From the IMG/VR virus record IMGVR_UViG_3300045988_000914, positions 1 to 6,495 of that record: 6,495 nucleotides of DNA, one strand, 5' to 3'. Each line of letters begins with the position of its first letter. Position 1 is the first letter of the stretch. The notes beneath the pieces were generated by a model. It had not been told where the DNA came from and made no database searches. It was given only the letters and a program-made list of their open reading frames with translations. The position numbers and the translations under genes were made by a program. This document shows, one piece after another, positions 1 to 6,320 of the stretch. This stretch comes from a virus.

Positions 1-127
1 ATTCTACCTTGACAATCACGGGACAATTCCCACATAGAACACATATCGGCATCTCTACGAAAAATAGGATCAATAGACCAATCAGTCTTAGAAGAAGTAG
101 AACCATCGAGGAATGATTTCTCATTCG
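1..127. repeat. Terminal direct repeat, copy 1; identical to 6369..6495 (circular-genome assembly overlap)
   Basis: Base-by-base comparison shows 1..127 identical to 6369..6495. The repeat runs to both window edges, as expected for a linearised circle. Confidence 0.97.
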
Positions 128-272
128 GGAGACTAACTGCAATACCTCGATCAGTAAGCTCCTGAACTTGCTTAGGTGTCATAGCGAGACCCGGTTTAGT
201 AACCAACTCTAAACTATCAACAACCTTACAATTAACAGGATTCAATTGTGCAACAAGTTTTCTCTTTGCCAT
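1..272 (-). CDS. Hypothetical 106-aa protein, 5' part (ATG at 272..270). The frame runs off the left edge and continues at 6368..6320 on the circle. Possibly scaffold-like or DNA-binding.
   Basis: Hand translation gives MAKRKLVAQLNPVNCKVVDSLELVTKPGLAMTPKQVQELTDRGIAVSLPNEKSFLDGSTSSKTDWSIDPIFRRDADMCSMWELSRDCQGR, which is 90 codons plus 2 nt at the edge. Joining to 6368 continues it as ILKAQKADKKAHPVKD-stop. It is on the same strand as all other genes, fills an otherwise empty gap, and has basic termini. Confidence 0.6.
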   Translation of the reverse strand, partial: MAKRKLVAQLNPVNCKVVDSLELVTKPGLAMTPKQVQELTDRGIAVSLPNEKSFLDGSTSSKTDWSIDPIFRRDADMCSMWELSRDCQGR

Positions 273-330
273 AATACAATTAAATTAAGGTATTTTTTAA
301 ATTTCCGCTTCGCTCACGACTCTCCGAGGG

Positions 331-346
331 CGAACGACGTCGTTCG
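331..346. repeat. Perfect 16-bp palindrome cgaacgacgtcgttcg
   Basis: The sequence equals its own reverse complement. As a hairpin it gives a 6-bp stem with a 4-nt loop. Confidence 0.9.
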
Positions 347-352
347 ATCCCG

Positions 353-370
353 CAAGCTATCGTTAGCTTG
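353..370. repeat. Hairpin: caagct (353..358) / agcttg (365..370) with a 6-nt loop
   Basis: The arms are exact reverse complements. It lies 6 nt from the 16-bp palindrome. Confidence 0.85.
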
Positions 371-459
371 ACCACGGAAGAGTAATTTTAGAATGATAAG
401 GACAAACGGACACGATTTGCGACTACCGTCGTGGACTGACATTTGCACGCACACGTAAT

Positions 460-470
460 CGCGCGCGCGC
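460..470. repeat. Alternating CG run cgcgcgcgcgc
   Basis: Read directly. It is flanked by a 6-bp inverted repeat, actgac 435..440 / gtcagt 474..479. Confidence 0.9.
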
Positions 471-485
471 ATAGTCAGTAACATA

Positions 486-2762
486 CTAATCCAAACGAGG
501 AATAGCAACACGAGAGATAGGTAGCTTAACCTGACAGTCAAAATAAATCTGTCCGTAAATCTTATCGGTCAATTCAGTACCATCGTCAGCCTGTGTAACA
601 GCGAACACGTCGGTAACCTGAGCCGGATCAATAACCAAGAACGATTTAGATAACTGAGGCTTATCGTTGAAAACACGATGCATCAAGAAGTTACTTAAAT
701 TCGTTCTGAACAAACCATGTGCTGAGTCGTATTTCTGAACATATTCATACCAAGGACGATTATAACCAAACGTTTCAACCAAACTTTCAGGGTCTTGATT
801 ATAAGACTGAATAGGACAAACCTCTTTGTACAATATCGGCTGGAAACCAATATGGTTAAATTCAGGCTGGTAATGATCGAGTAAACCACGATATATAAAG
901 TGCTTAGGTAACAACTGAGTGTATACAGGCGTAGGAGTAATAATCAAAACACCCATAACGATGGATTCTTCATCGCAGAAACACTCAATAGTCTGGTTAG
1001 AATCACCGCGAACACCAGCAATACCACTTTGAGAACCAAGAGCACCAGCATATGTCTCAGCACCTTTAGCCAAATTCTGATCAACAGACTGACTGATAGC
1101 ATGCATATCAATATCACGAGTAAATCCACCGAAGAATTCAGGCATAAGCAATTCATCGTAACGAACTTTTACATCGAAACGTCCTTCAACAATATCACGG
1201 TAGGAATAGCCTTTGCGCATATTCAACTCCAAGAATTTCTGATAAGCATTAACGTTCCGAAGATCAGAAATAGAAATACCTGACATAGCAACATCTACGA
1301 GCGACCTAGGCTGACGCATCTTAACACCGTTATCAAGTTCGGTATATTCAACACCTGTTAAGGATTCTCCATCAGATTCCCAAGAAAGAGCGTACTTCTT
1401 ACCATCCTCATCAACAAGAGCAAGTTTAGACAACTCACGGGTGACAGCAGTTCCGTCGTCAAGAACGTCATTAACGGTTTCCGTGTAAGTCGTAATACCA
1501 ACAAGAGGAGCGGTACCTTGTTGAGGAGACTGAACAGCAGTAGTCAAAAAATCACGTTCCCAATTAGCGTAATGAAGCTCATAAACATTATCATCTAGAC
1601 CACCGTCATAAGTAGGTATCCACTGGTTGTACTGAACCTGTCCGTTAACGTAATAAGGGTTATTACGATTATCACGAATATAAGCGTTATAAATACCTTC
1701 ATAGGCACGGAACGCATAAGCGGAAATCTTTATCTGCTTATCATTATTATCACCGACAGAACTGTAATACGGAGAAGTAGCTAACGTAAGGTCGGCCGGA
1801 GAGTCAGCATAGTCGTAGAACTGATAAGAGAAAAGCAAACCCGGCGGAACTGAATAAGAAATAGCAGAAGATGTCTCATAATCTATCCTATCAGGATAAT
1901 TAGCAAAAACTACATCACGATGGAATGTATAAATCCAAGAAGTGGTAGAACCTGAAATCTTACGGCCAAGGGATTCGATAACGTTATAATAGACCTTGAA
2001 ACTAAACGTTTCACCAATATGTTCAGGCACATACTTAACAAACTCTTCAGACAAAGAAAAATAAACCTCTACCATGTTCGTTTTAGCATTGAACAAAGAA
2101 GATGTTACTTGAAGGTCAAAACGAATATTAGCATCAGAATCCTTATTCACAAAGCCGACCAACTTATTAACGAAAGCATCAATTAAAGATTGAGTAGGAT
2201 TAGTTAAGTTACCATAACTAACTTTAAGACAAAAACGCTTAGAGGCATTAAAGGTATCGTCAATGTCAACAGACACTTTAGTTAAATTATATCCGAATTC
2301 AACGAAATTAGACGATGAAGCAGTAGCAGGAGCAGGAATTCCAATACCAGAACCTAGATTCAAATTAACAGTAGCATTATATTTACTCATGAAAGAATAG
2401 TACTGATCACTATTCTGAATAGGCAAGTATTCGAACATAGTATAATTAGGGTCACCACCTACTTTATTGCCAGGACACCGAAGAATACCAGCAGTAAGAG
2501 AAGCAACAGCGCCTTGACCATAAGAGCCGAAAATAGTTGTAGGCAAACCAAGGTAATCACCAAGCGAACCGGTAGAAGCCATCTTTTTTAATTTAGAAGA
2601 GGTATTCAAGTTGATGTAAGGTTCTTCAAGATCCTGACGGAAATTACCTACAAAATCACGGTAACCAGACCAAAGAGCACGAAGCGGATACTTAAAGAAA
2701 GCGATACGAGCTTTCATGCGTGTCTGAACAGGAAAGACCATAGGCATAAACTGTAAGCCCAT
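486..2762 (-). CDS. VP1: Major capsid protein VP1 (phiX174 F-like jelly-roll), main body as called by the ORF track; the true N-terminus lies upstream (see 2798..2926)
   Basis: The 758-aa ORF carries motifs I recognise from Microviridae F/VP1 proteins. These are DYLGLP, ISAYAFRAYEGIYNAYIRD (compare phiX174 F LFQGYLNIYNNYF), ANWERDFLTTA, ISDLRNVNAYQKFLE, RYDELLMPEFFGG and NRPWYEYVQKYD. Confidence 0.93.
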   Translation of the reverse strand: MGLQFMPMVFPVQTRMKARIAFFKYPLRALWSGYRDFVGNFRQDLEEPYINLNTSSKLKKMASTGSLGDYLGLPTTIFGSYGQGAVASLTAGILRCPGNKVGGDPNYTMFEYLPIQNSDQYYSFMSKYNATVNLNLGSGIGIPAPATASSSNFVEFGYNLTKVSVDIDDTFNASKRFCLKVSYGNLTNPTQSLIDAFVNKLVGFVNKDSDANIRFDLQVTSSLFNAKTNMVEVYFSLSEEFVKYVPEHIGETFSFKVYYNVIESLGRKISGSTTSWIYTFHRDVVFANYPDRIDYETSSAISYSVPPGLLFSYQFYDYADSPADLTLATSPYYSSVGDNNDKQIKISAYAFRAYEGIYNAYIRDNRNNPYYVNGQVQYNQWIPTYDGGLDDNVYELHYANWERDFLTTAVQSPQQGTAPLVGITTYTETVNDVLDDGTAVTRELSKLALVDEDGKKYALSWESDGESLTGVEYTELDNGVKMRQPRSLVDVAMSGISISDLRNVNAYQKFLELNMRKGYSYRDIVEGRFDVKVRYDELLMPEFFGGFTRDIDMHAISQSVDQNLAKGAETYAGALGSQSGIAGVRGDSNQTIECFCDEESIVMGVLIITPTPVYTQLLPKHFIYRGLLDHYQPEFNHIGFQPILYKEVCPIQSYNQDPESLVETFGYNRPWYEYVQKYDSAHGLFRTNLSNFLMHRVFNDKPQLSKSFLVIDPAQVTDVFAVTQADDGTELTDKIYGQIYFDCQVKLPISRVAIPRLD

Positions 2763-2797
2763 ACGAGAATTAATACGAACAGAGCTTTTAGAAGGAA

Positions 2798-2926
2798 CTA
2801 ACTCACAAAAATAGGAGTAACACGACCGATCTGAGTGGTCAAGTTATTAGCATGCGACCAATCAAAGGTATTAACCTTTATCTGATTATTCACATCTAAA
2901 GTAGCATCAAAAACATTTTGCGCCAT
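2798..2926 (-). CDS. VP1: VP1 N-terminal segment in a different frame (42-aa ORF, ATG 2926..2924, TAG 2800..2798)
   Basis: Hand translation gives MAQNVFDATLDVNNQIKVNTFDWSHANNLTTQIGRVTPIFVS-stop. The FDWSH....QIGR..PI pattern matches the conserved capsid N-terminus (phiX174 F has HDLSHLGFLAGQIGRLITI). The main VP1 frame is already open from 2843 and reads ..YFCELVPSKSSVRINSRMGLQF. Confidence 0.75.
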   Translation of the reverse strand: MAQNVFDATLDVNNQIKVNTFDWSHANNLTTQIGRVTPIFVS

Positions 2927-2928
2927 AA

Positions 2929-3126
2929 CTAACGATTAAATTGAATTTTAGTACTATCTACCGAAGACGTAGTTGTTTGCTCCGTCCTTTGGGTAGCATT
3001 ATTATTATTCTTAGCAACGCTAAGCGAGAGGGTACAACTCTGAACAAACAGAGTGGTAATAATACCGATAACAAACGTAGAGATAAGTTTAACAATCTCA
3101 ATCCATTGATTAGGGGTTACTTTCAT
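2929..3126 (-). CDS. Small membrane or lipoprotein-like protein, 65 aa from ATG 3126 (the ORF track starts 2 codons earlier at GTG 3132)
   Basis: The protein is MKVTPNQWIEIVKLISTFVIGIITTLFVQSCTLSLSVAKNNNNATQRTEQTTTSSVDSTKIQFNR. It has one hydrophobic helix (LISTFVIGIITTLFV) followed by QSC, which is an imperfect lipobox, and then a polar N/T/S-rich tail. The stop TAG 2931..2929 is 2 nt from the VP1 ATG. Confidence 0.55.
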   Translation of the reverse strand: MKVTPNQWIEIVKLISTFVIGIITTLFVQSCTLSLSVAKNNNNATQRTEQTTTSSVDSTKIQFNR

Positions 3127-3286
3127 TTTCACTAATAATAGGCGGAATTAATTCTTCATGTTTAGCTAGAAACAGTAATTTAGGATTGCTTTCTACAAGA
3201 GATGCACGAATCTTTTCAGACTGTGAGGAGCGATCAAATACACCTAAACAAATTTCTGTAATAGGTTTCAAAGTAGCCCTCTCCAT
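3110..3286 (-). CDS. Hypothetical protein, 58 aa
   Basis: Hand translation from ATG 3286 gives MERATLKPITEICLGVFDRSSQSEKIRASLVESNPKLLFLAKHEELIPPIISENESNP-stop (TAA 3112..3110). It overlaps the start of the 65-aa ORF by 17 nt. It is below the length cutoff of the ORF track, and I recognise no homology. Confidence 0.35.
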   Translation of the reverse strand: MERATLKPITEICLGVFDRSSQSEKIRASLVESNPKLLFLAKHEELIPPIISENESNP

Positions 3287-3348
3287 GATAAAGAGGGTAG
3301 TTTTAATAGTTCTTTTTCCATATTAATAAAATGTTTCACGTGGAACAA

Positions 3349-3522
3349 TTAAATATTTTCAAACTGCTTAAAAGAATGAACAGATATAACACCAGTACGA
3401 GAACGAATACAACGCATCAATTTACGCATATTAGAAAGAGTATAATCTAACTTTAATTCATAACGTTCTCCATTATTGTCTACAATACGAAGAATCCAAT
3501 TATAAGAACCAGCCTTTTTCAT
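3349..3522 (-). CDS. Hypothetical protein, 57 aa
   Basis: Hand translation from ATG 3522 gives MKKAGSYNWILRIVDNNGERYELKLDYTLSNMRKLMRCIRSRTGVISVHSFKQFENI-stop (TAA 3351..3349). Its start overlaps the stop of the 117-aa ORF as ATGA, which suggests coupling. Confidence 0.4.
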   Translation of the reverse strand: MKKAGSYNWILRIVDNNGERYELKLDYTLSNMRKLMRCIRSRTGVISVHSFKQFENI

Positions 3523-3872
3523 AATTCCTTAGAACGTTCTAATCCAACAACATCAATACCACTGTGATGATAATCATTCTCAAACTCCTTAATAGCCAAA
3601 TCAATAGCCTTAATACCATTTTTAGCAACAATACGATAGGAACAAGTCAGAGTATCAGTACGGTCTTCAAAGGTTACAATATACTCAGCCAAACGAGGAA
3701 CAGAAGAGTCAACAGGAACAACAGCTAATAAATTCCAAACGGAATAATCGGTAGAATCAACAGCTAACGCATAAGCTTCATTAAAAGTGTAAGGTAACGT
3801 AAACGGGAATTCACGAATCTCACCACTATGCTTAAAGGCACGAATAACTTTGTAAAATCTTTTTCTTTCCAT
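3519..3872 (-). CDS. Hypothetical protein, 117 aa
   Basis: ORF with ATG at 3872, 28 nt downstream of the VP4 stop. Its composition is protein-like rather than low-complexity. I recognise no family. Confidence 0.6.
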   Translation of the reverse strand: MERKRFYKVIRAFKHSGEIREFPFTLPYTFNEAYALAVDSTDYSVWNLLAVVPVDSSVPRLAEYIVTFEDRTDTLTCSYRIVAKNGIKAIDLAIKEFENDYHHSGIDVVGLERSKEL

Positions 3873-3900
3873 ATCTCTGTGTTTTAATTACGATACAAAG

Positions 3901-5280
3901 CTAAATAATTTCCTTTAATTGTGCAAGTTTTATAGCATTATTTTTTCGGTAAATAACATCTTTTAAATCTATCTCAGGTAAAGAGCCAAATTTAGCATCT
4001 AATGAACGAGTCCTTTTTTGGGTAATTTCATCCTTTATTTTAAACCATGTTTCATCTATGTTTTCAAGTATTAGATAACGACATAAAGAGGCGATTTCCA
4101 CTTCATTGGAAACATACATATCATCCAAAGCAGAATAAGGTATCTCACTGTAATAATCAATCAATTTACCAAGAGGCTTTTTACATATCTGAGGAGACAA
4201 GAACCAATATTTACGAAGTACTTTTTTCTCAATATCAGAAATAATAGGTTTATCCAAATAATTAGCAACAGCATGAATAGAATACCTTCTAGAAATCAAA
4301 TCACAAAGTTTTTTATGAGAGTCACGAACAAGCTTAGATACTACAGTAGACTTAGCAGGGAAATACAAGCGCCTAAAATAATCAGGGAGAGATATAGTAG
4401 TAGACATTCCTGAATAAGGGTCACAAACGGAAATATCCAAACACTGAGGATTCTTACGATAGAAATCGATATATTGCTTAGCATACTTAGCACCTAGACC
4501 ACCATCTTTACGAGAAGACAGAAAGAATATAGGATTCATACCCTTGGGTACATAAGGCTGTTTACGCATATACTTCATCACATAACCGATAGCACCTTTA
4601 TCACAAGGCAATGTATAAACATAACCAAGGGGAGAATAAACAGGTTTCTTACCATCATATCCTACAATCTTAGACCAGCACTTTTCAATAAAATGAGTGA
4701 CATTCCAAATATTGCGAAATGATCCTTCACGAGGAAAATTCCAAATCAACATATGATAGTGAGGACGCTTAGACTTAGAACCATACTCAGCGCAAGCAAA
4801 GTAGCGAAGATTATGTTTATAATGAAGACGATCAAGAGATATACGAAGACGCTTTAAAAAGAGTTGAACTTCTTCTTTGAATACACCATGCTTAGGCAAA
4901 TTTTCATTATTATACGTAAGCGTTAAAAAGAGAGGAATACTTTCGGAAAAAACATTCTCACAAGTAGCACGGAAAGACCATTCACGAGCCTTTTTATCAC
5001 GGCAAAGAACACATTTACCACAAGGCACTTGAATAAACATAGGAAAGACCTCACCTGTCTTCTCATTGAAAACATTAAACCGATCAATATTATCAAGAGT
5101 AACTTTGAACCTATGAGGAGAGAACTGATAATCAGGAAAACGATACTTAAAATAATTAGCCTGAGCAAAAGAGATATAATAATCACCAGTAAGTGTCGTA
5201 TAACAACGATGAGTAATGAGAAGTTCCTTTAACTGAGGATTACGGATAATGACAGGGTGTTCACAAAAGATCTGTTTCAT
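3901..5280 (-). CDS. VP4: Rolling-circle replication initiator VP4 (phiX174 A-like HUH endonuclease)
   Basis: 459-aa ORF. Motif I is LFLTLTY (about 4912..4929). The HUH motif HYH sits in RPHYHMLIW (4753..4761, verified by reverse complement). The two-tyrosine motif is YVMKYMRK (4561..4584; compare phiX174 A YVAKYVNK). The upstream Cys cluster is CGKCVLC (5002..5022). Confidence 0.93.
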   Translation of the reverse strand: MKQIFCEHPVIIRNPQLKELLITHRCYTTLTGDYYISFAQANYFKYRFPDYQFSPHRFKVTLDNIDRFNVFNEKTGEVFPMFIQVPCGKCVLCRDKKAREWSFRATCENVFSESIPLFLTLTYNNENLPKHGVFKEEVQLFLKRLRISLDRLHYKHNLRYFACAEYGSKSKRPHYHMLIWNFPREGSFRNIWNVTHFIEKCWSKIVGYDGKKPVYSPLGYVYTLPCDKGAIGYVMKYMRKQPYVPKGMNPIFFLSSRKDGGLGAKYAKQYIDFYRKNPQCLDISVCDPYSGMSTTISLPDYFRRLYFPAKSTVVSKLVRDSHKKLCDLISRRYSIHAVANYLDKPIISDIEKKVLRKYWFLSPQICKKPLGKLIDYYSEIPYSALDDMYVSNEVEIASLCRYLILENIDETWFKIKDEITQKRTRSLDAKFGSLPEIDLKDVIYRKNNAIKLAQLKEII

Positions 5281-5375
5281 AATAGTAATATTTTAGCTCA
5301 CAGAAGGAGCACTTAGGGCAATACGCAACTGCGAGCAAAGTCGTTGAAAATCAAACATGTGTCAGTTGCTCATAC

Positions 5376-5386
5376 ATTATCAAGTT
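5376..5386 (-). promoter_or_regulatory. Candidate virion-strand origin nick motif AACTTGATAAT (phiX174 ori-core-like)
   Basis: The minus strand reads GTAACTTGATAATG. The phiX174 A-protein cleavage decamer is CAACTTG/ATA, so 9 of 10 positions are identical. The motif is in the noncoding VP2-VP4 spacer, next to a 7-bp inverted repeat (gcaactg 5325..5331 / cagttgc 5363..5369). Confidence 0.4.
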
Positions 5387-5410
5387 ACGGAGCGCCGATT
5401 TTAGAATAAA

Positions 5411-5440
5411 TCGTAAAAGGGGAGACATAAGGTCTCCCCC
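5411..5440 (-). terminator. Rho-independent-type terminator hairpin just after VP2
   Basis: The minus strand reads GGGGAGAC-CTTAT-GTCTCCCC followed by TTTTACGATTTATT. The 8-bp G/C-rich stem is 5419..5426 / 5432..5439 with a 5-nt loop. It starts 5 nt after the VP2 stop (TAA 5447..5445). Confidence 0.7.
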
Positions 5441-5444
5441 GTAT

Positions 5445-6320
5445 TTACTTACCTAATATAAGACGCAACAGCTTAACAACAGCAGGAAATCCCGACGGCA
5501 ATTGTTCCAAAAGATCAGGATCAGACATAATAGCATCAAAACGCTTGACAGTTTGTTCGTCTTCAAAACCTTGAATACGAAGAGCTAACGTTTTTGTCAA
5601 AAATTCAGCCTCGTTCTTTGAAATACGAAGTTTCTGTTTAATCTCATCAATCAAAGATTGAGCAGATTCCTGCTTAATATAATTATCCAACCGTTTAGAA
5701 ACTTTATCAAGCAATTTAAGGTCATTATCAGCAACAGCATTAGCCTGGTCCGTTTCCTCACGAACCAAACGCATGTATTCCTGATATGCTCTAAACGGCA
5801 ACTTACTTGCCATCATTTGAGTATCAGAGCCGAGGGATGACCCGAAAAGCATTGATAAAGCATCTTCAGTAGATACCTCACGAGACTTAAGACGATTGTC
5901 CAGAACCTTACCTTTATTCTCTTCTTTAACTCCTTGAATCTGAACAGCCTTAAGTTTATTATCCAGTGCAGCACTGGCAATATTCATAGCAGTCATCTTC
6001 TGAGCAAGCAAGGAATTATCAACAGGTTGAGAACCCTGACCTGACGTCATAGCAGGACTAGCAGCGGATTGACCAGTAACACCACCGTAAGCAAGATCAG
6101 GATTCATACCTGCTGCTTTCAAACGAGCACGATAAGCAGCAGGTGAATTGTAAGAATTCTCTCTATTCCATTGGTCAATACTCCACTGATTCTGCATCTT
6201 AGCTAAATTAAGATTCCACTCACGGTTCTCCGCTTGTGATTCCTTATTAGCATTAATAGCATTCTGAGTATTAGCATTCTGAGCAAGTGCACCAATGGCT
6301 GAGGATATAAAATTCCACAT
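5445..6320 (-). CDS. VP2: Minor capsid / DNA pilot protein VP2 (phiX174 H-like)
   Basis: 291-aa ORF. The N-terminal region contains SPAAYRARLKAAGMNPDLAYGG, which matches the ..AYQRA...K.AGLNP.LA.. motif I recall from gokusho/alpavirus VP2 proteins. The rest is Q/N/K/E-rich with likely coiled-coil character. Size and position fit VP2. Confidence 0.75.
   Translation of the reverse strand: MWNFISSAIGALAQNANTQNAINANKESQAENREWNLNLAKMQNQWSIDQWNRENSYNSPAAYRARLKAAGMNPDLAYGGVTGQSAASPAMTSGQGSQPVDNSLLAQKMTAMNIASAALDNKLKAVQIQGVKEENKGKVLDNRLKSREVSTEDALSMLFGSSLGSDTQMMASKLPFRAYQEYMRLVREETDQANAVADNDLKLLDKVSKRLDNYIKQESAQSLIDEIKQKLRISKNEAEFLTKTLALRIQGFEDEQTVKRFDAIMSDPDLLEQLPSGFPAVVKLLRLILGK

Larger units (their letters stand above)
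300..485 (-). other. GC/CpG-rich, hairpin-dense noncoding region between the VP1 stop and the 106-aa ORF start; candidate cis-acting element
   Basis: By hand count, 311..480 is about 53% G+C with more than 20 CpG. Sampled coding lines elsewhere run roughly 25-45% G+C. The region holds several inverted repeats and a (CG)5 run. Its only ORF needs a TTG start and overlaps the VP1 3' end. Confidence 0.6.

Noticed and set aside
273-310. Search for Bacteroidota-type promoters (TAnnTTTG at -7, TTTG at -33) upstream of the 106-aa ORF, VP4 and the 58-aa ORF
   Set aside because: Only partial matches were found (for example CATGTTTG near 5352..5359 on the minus strand). None was good enough to annotate without a host assignment or transcript data.
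460-490. Second dif-like candidate, CGCGCGCATAG-TCAGTA-ACATACTAATC
   Set aside because: Only about 8 of 11 and 5 of 11 positions match the E. coli dif arms. Arm symmetry is poor, and the sequence overlaps the VP1 stop codon. This is not enough to call a recombination site.
314-541. 75-aa minus-strand ORF spanning the GC-rich region
   Set aside because: It needs a TTG start located inside the VP1 3' end. It also runs through palindromes and a (CG)5 run that look like nucleic-acid structure rather than coding sequence. I treated it as noncoding, with low certainty.
1029-1283. Plus-strand ORFs from the track (1029..1283, 2941..3135, 4047..4244, 5029..5232, 5658..5840)
   Set aside because: All are short and lie antisense to long minus-strand genes with recognised homology. 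Their translations are low-complexity (I/N/K/R-rich), as expected when reading the A-rich complement. No plus-strand start context or gene packing supports them.
3278-3297. Inverted repeat ccctct / agaggg around the start of the 58-aa ORF, followed by T-rich sequence on the plus strand (terminator-like)
   Set aside because: The stem is only 6 bp. The T-tract is on the strand that carries no genes, and on the coding strand no U-tract follows. At most it could modulate initiation of the 58-aa ORF.
4923-5186. Same-strand embedded hydrophobic ORFs (4923..5186 in VP4; 944..1156 and 695..889 in VP1) as possible phiX174 E-like overlapping lysis genes
   Set aside because: The coding strand is T-rich, so off-frame translation yields L/I/F/V-rich pseudo-TM peptides almost everywhere. 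Three such ORFs in different genes looks like composition, not function. Two of the three need GTG starts. They are worth revisiting only if the alternate frame is conserved in relatives.
5370-5392. dif-like XerC/D site: the minus strand ATAATGTAT matches 9 nt of the E. coli dif core (..CATAA TGTATA..)
   Set aside because: The flanking 11-nt arms (TAACTTGATAA / AGCAACTGACA) show no inverted symmetry with each other and no match to the conserved XerD arm TTATGTTAAAT. The match overlaps the phiX-ori-like motif and is probably coincidental.
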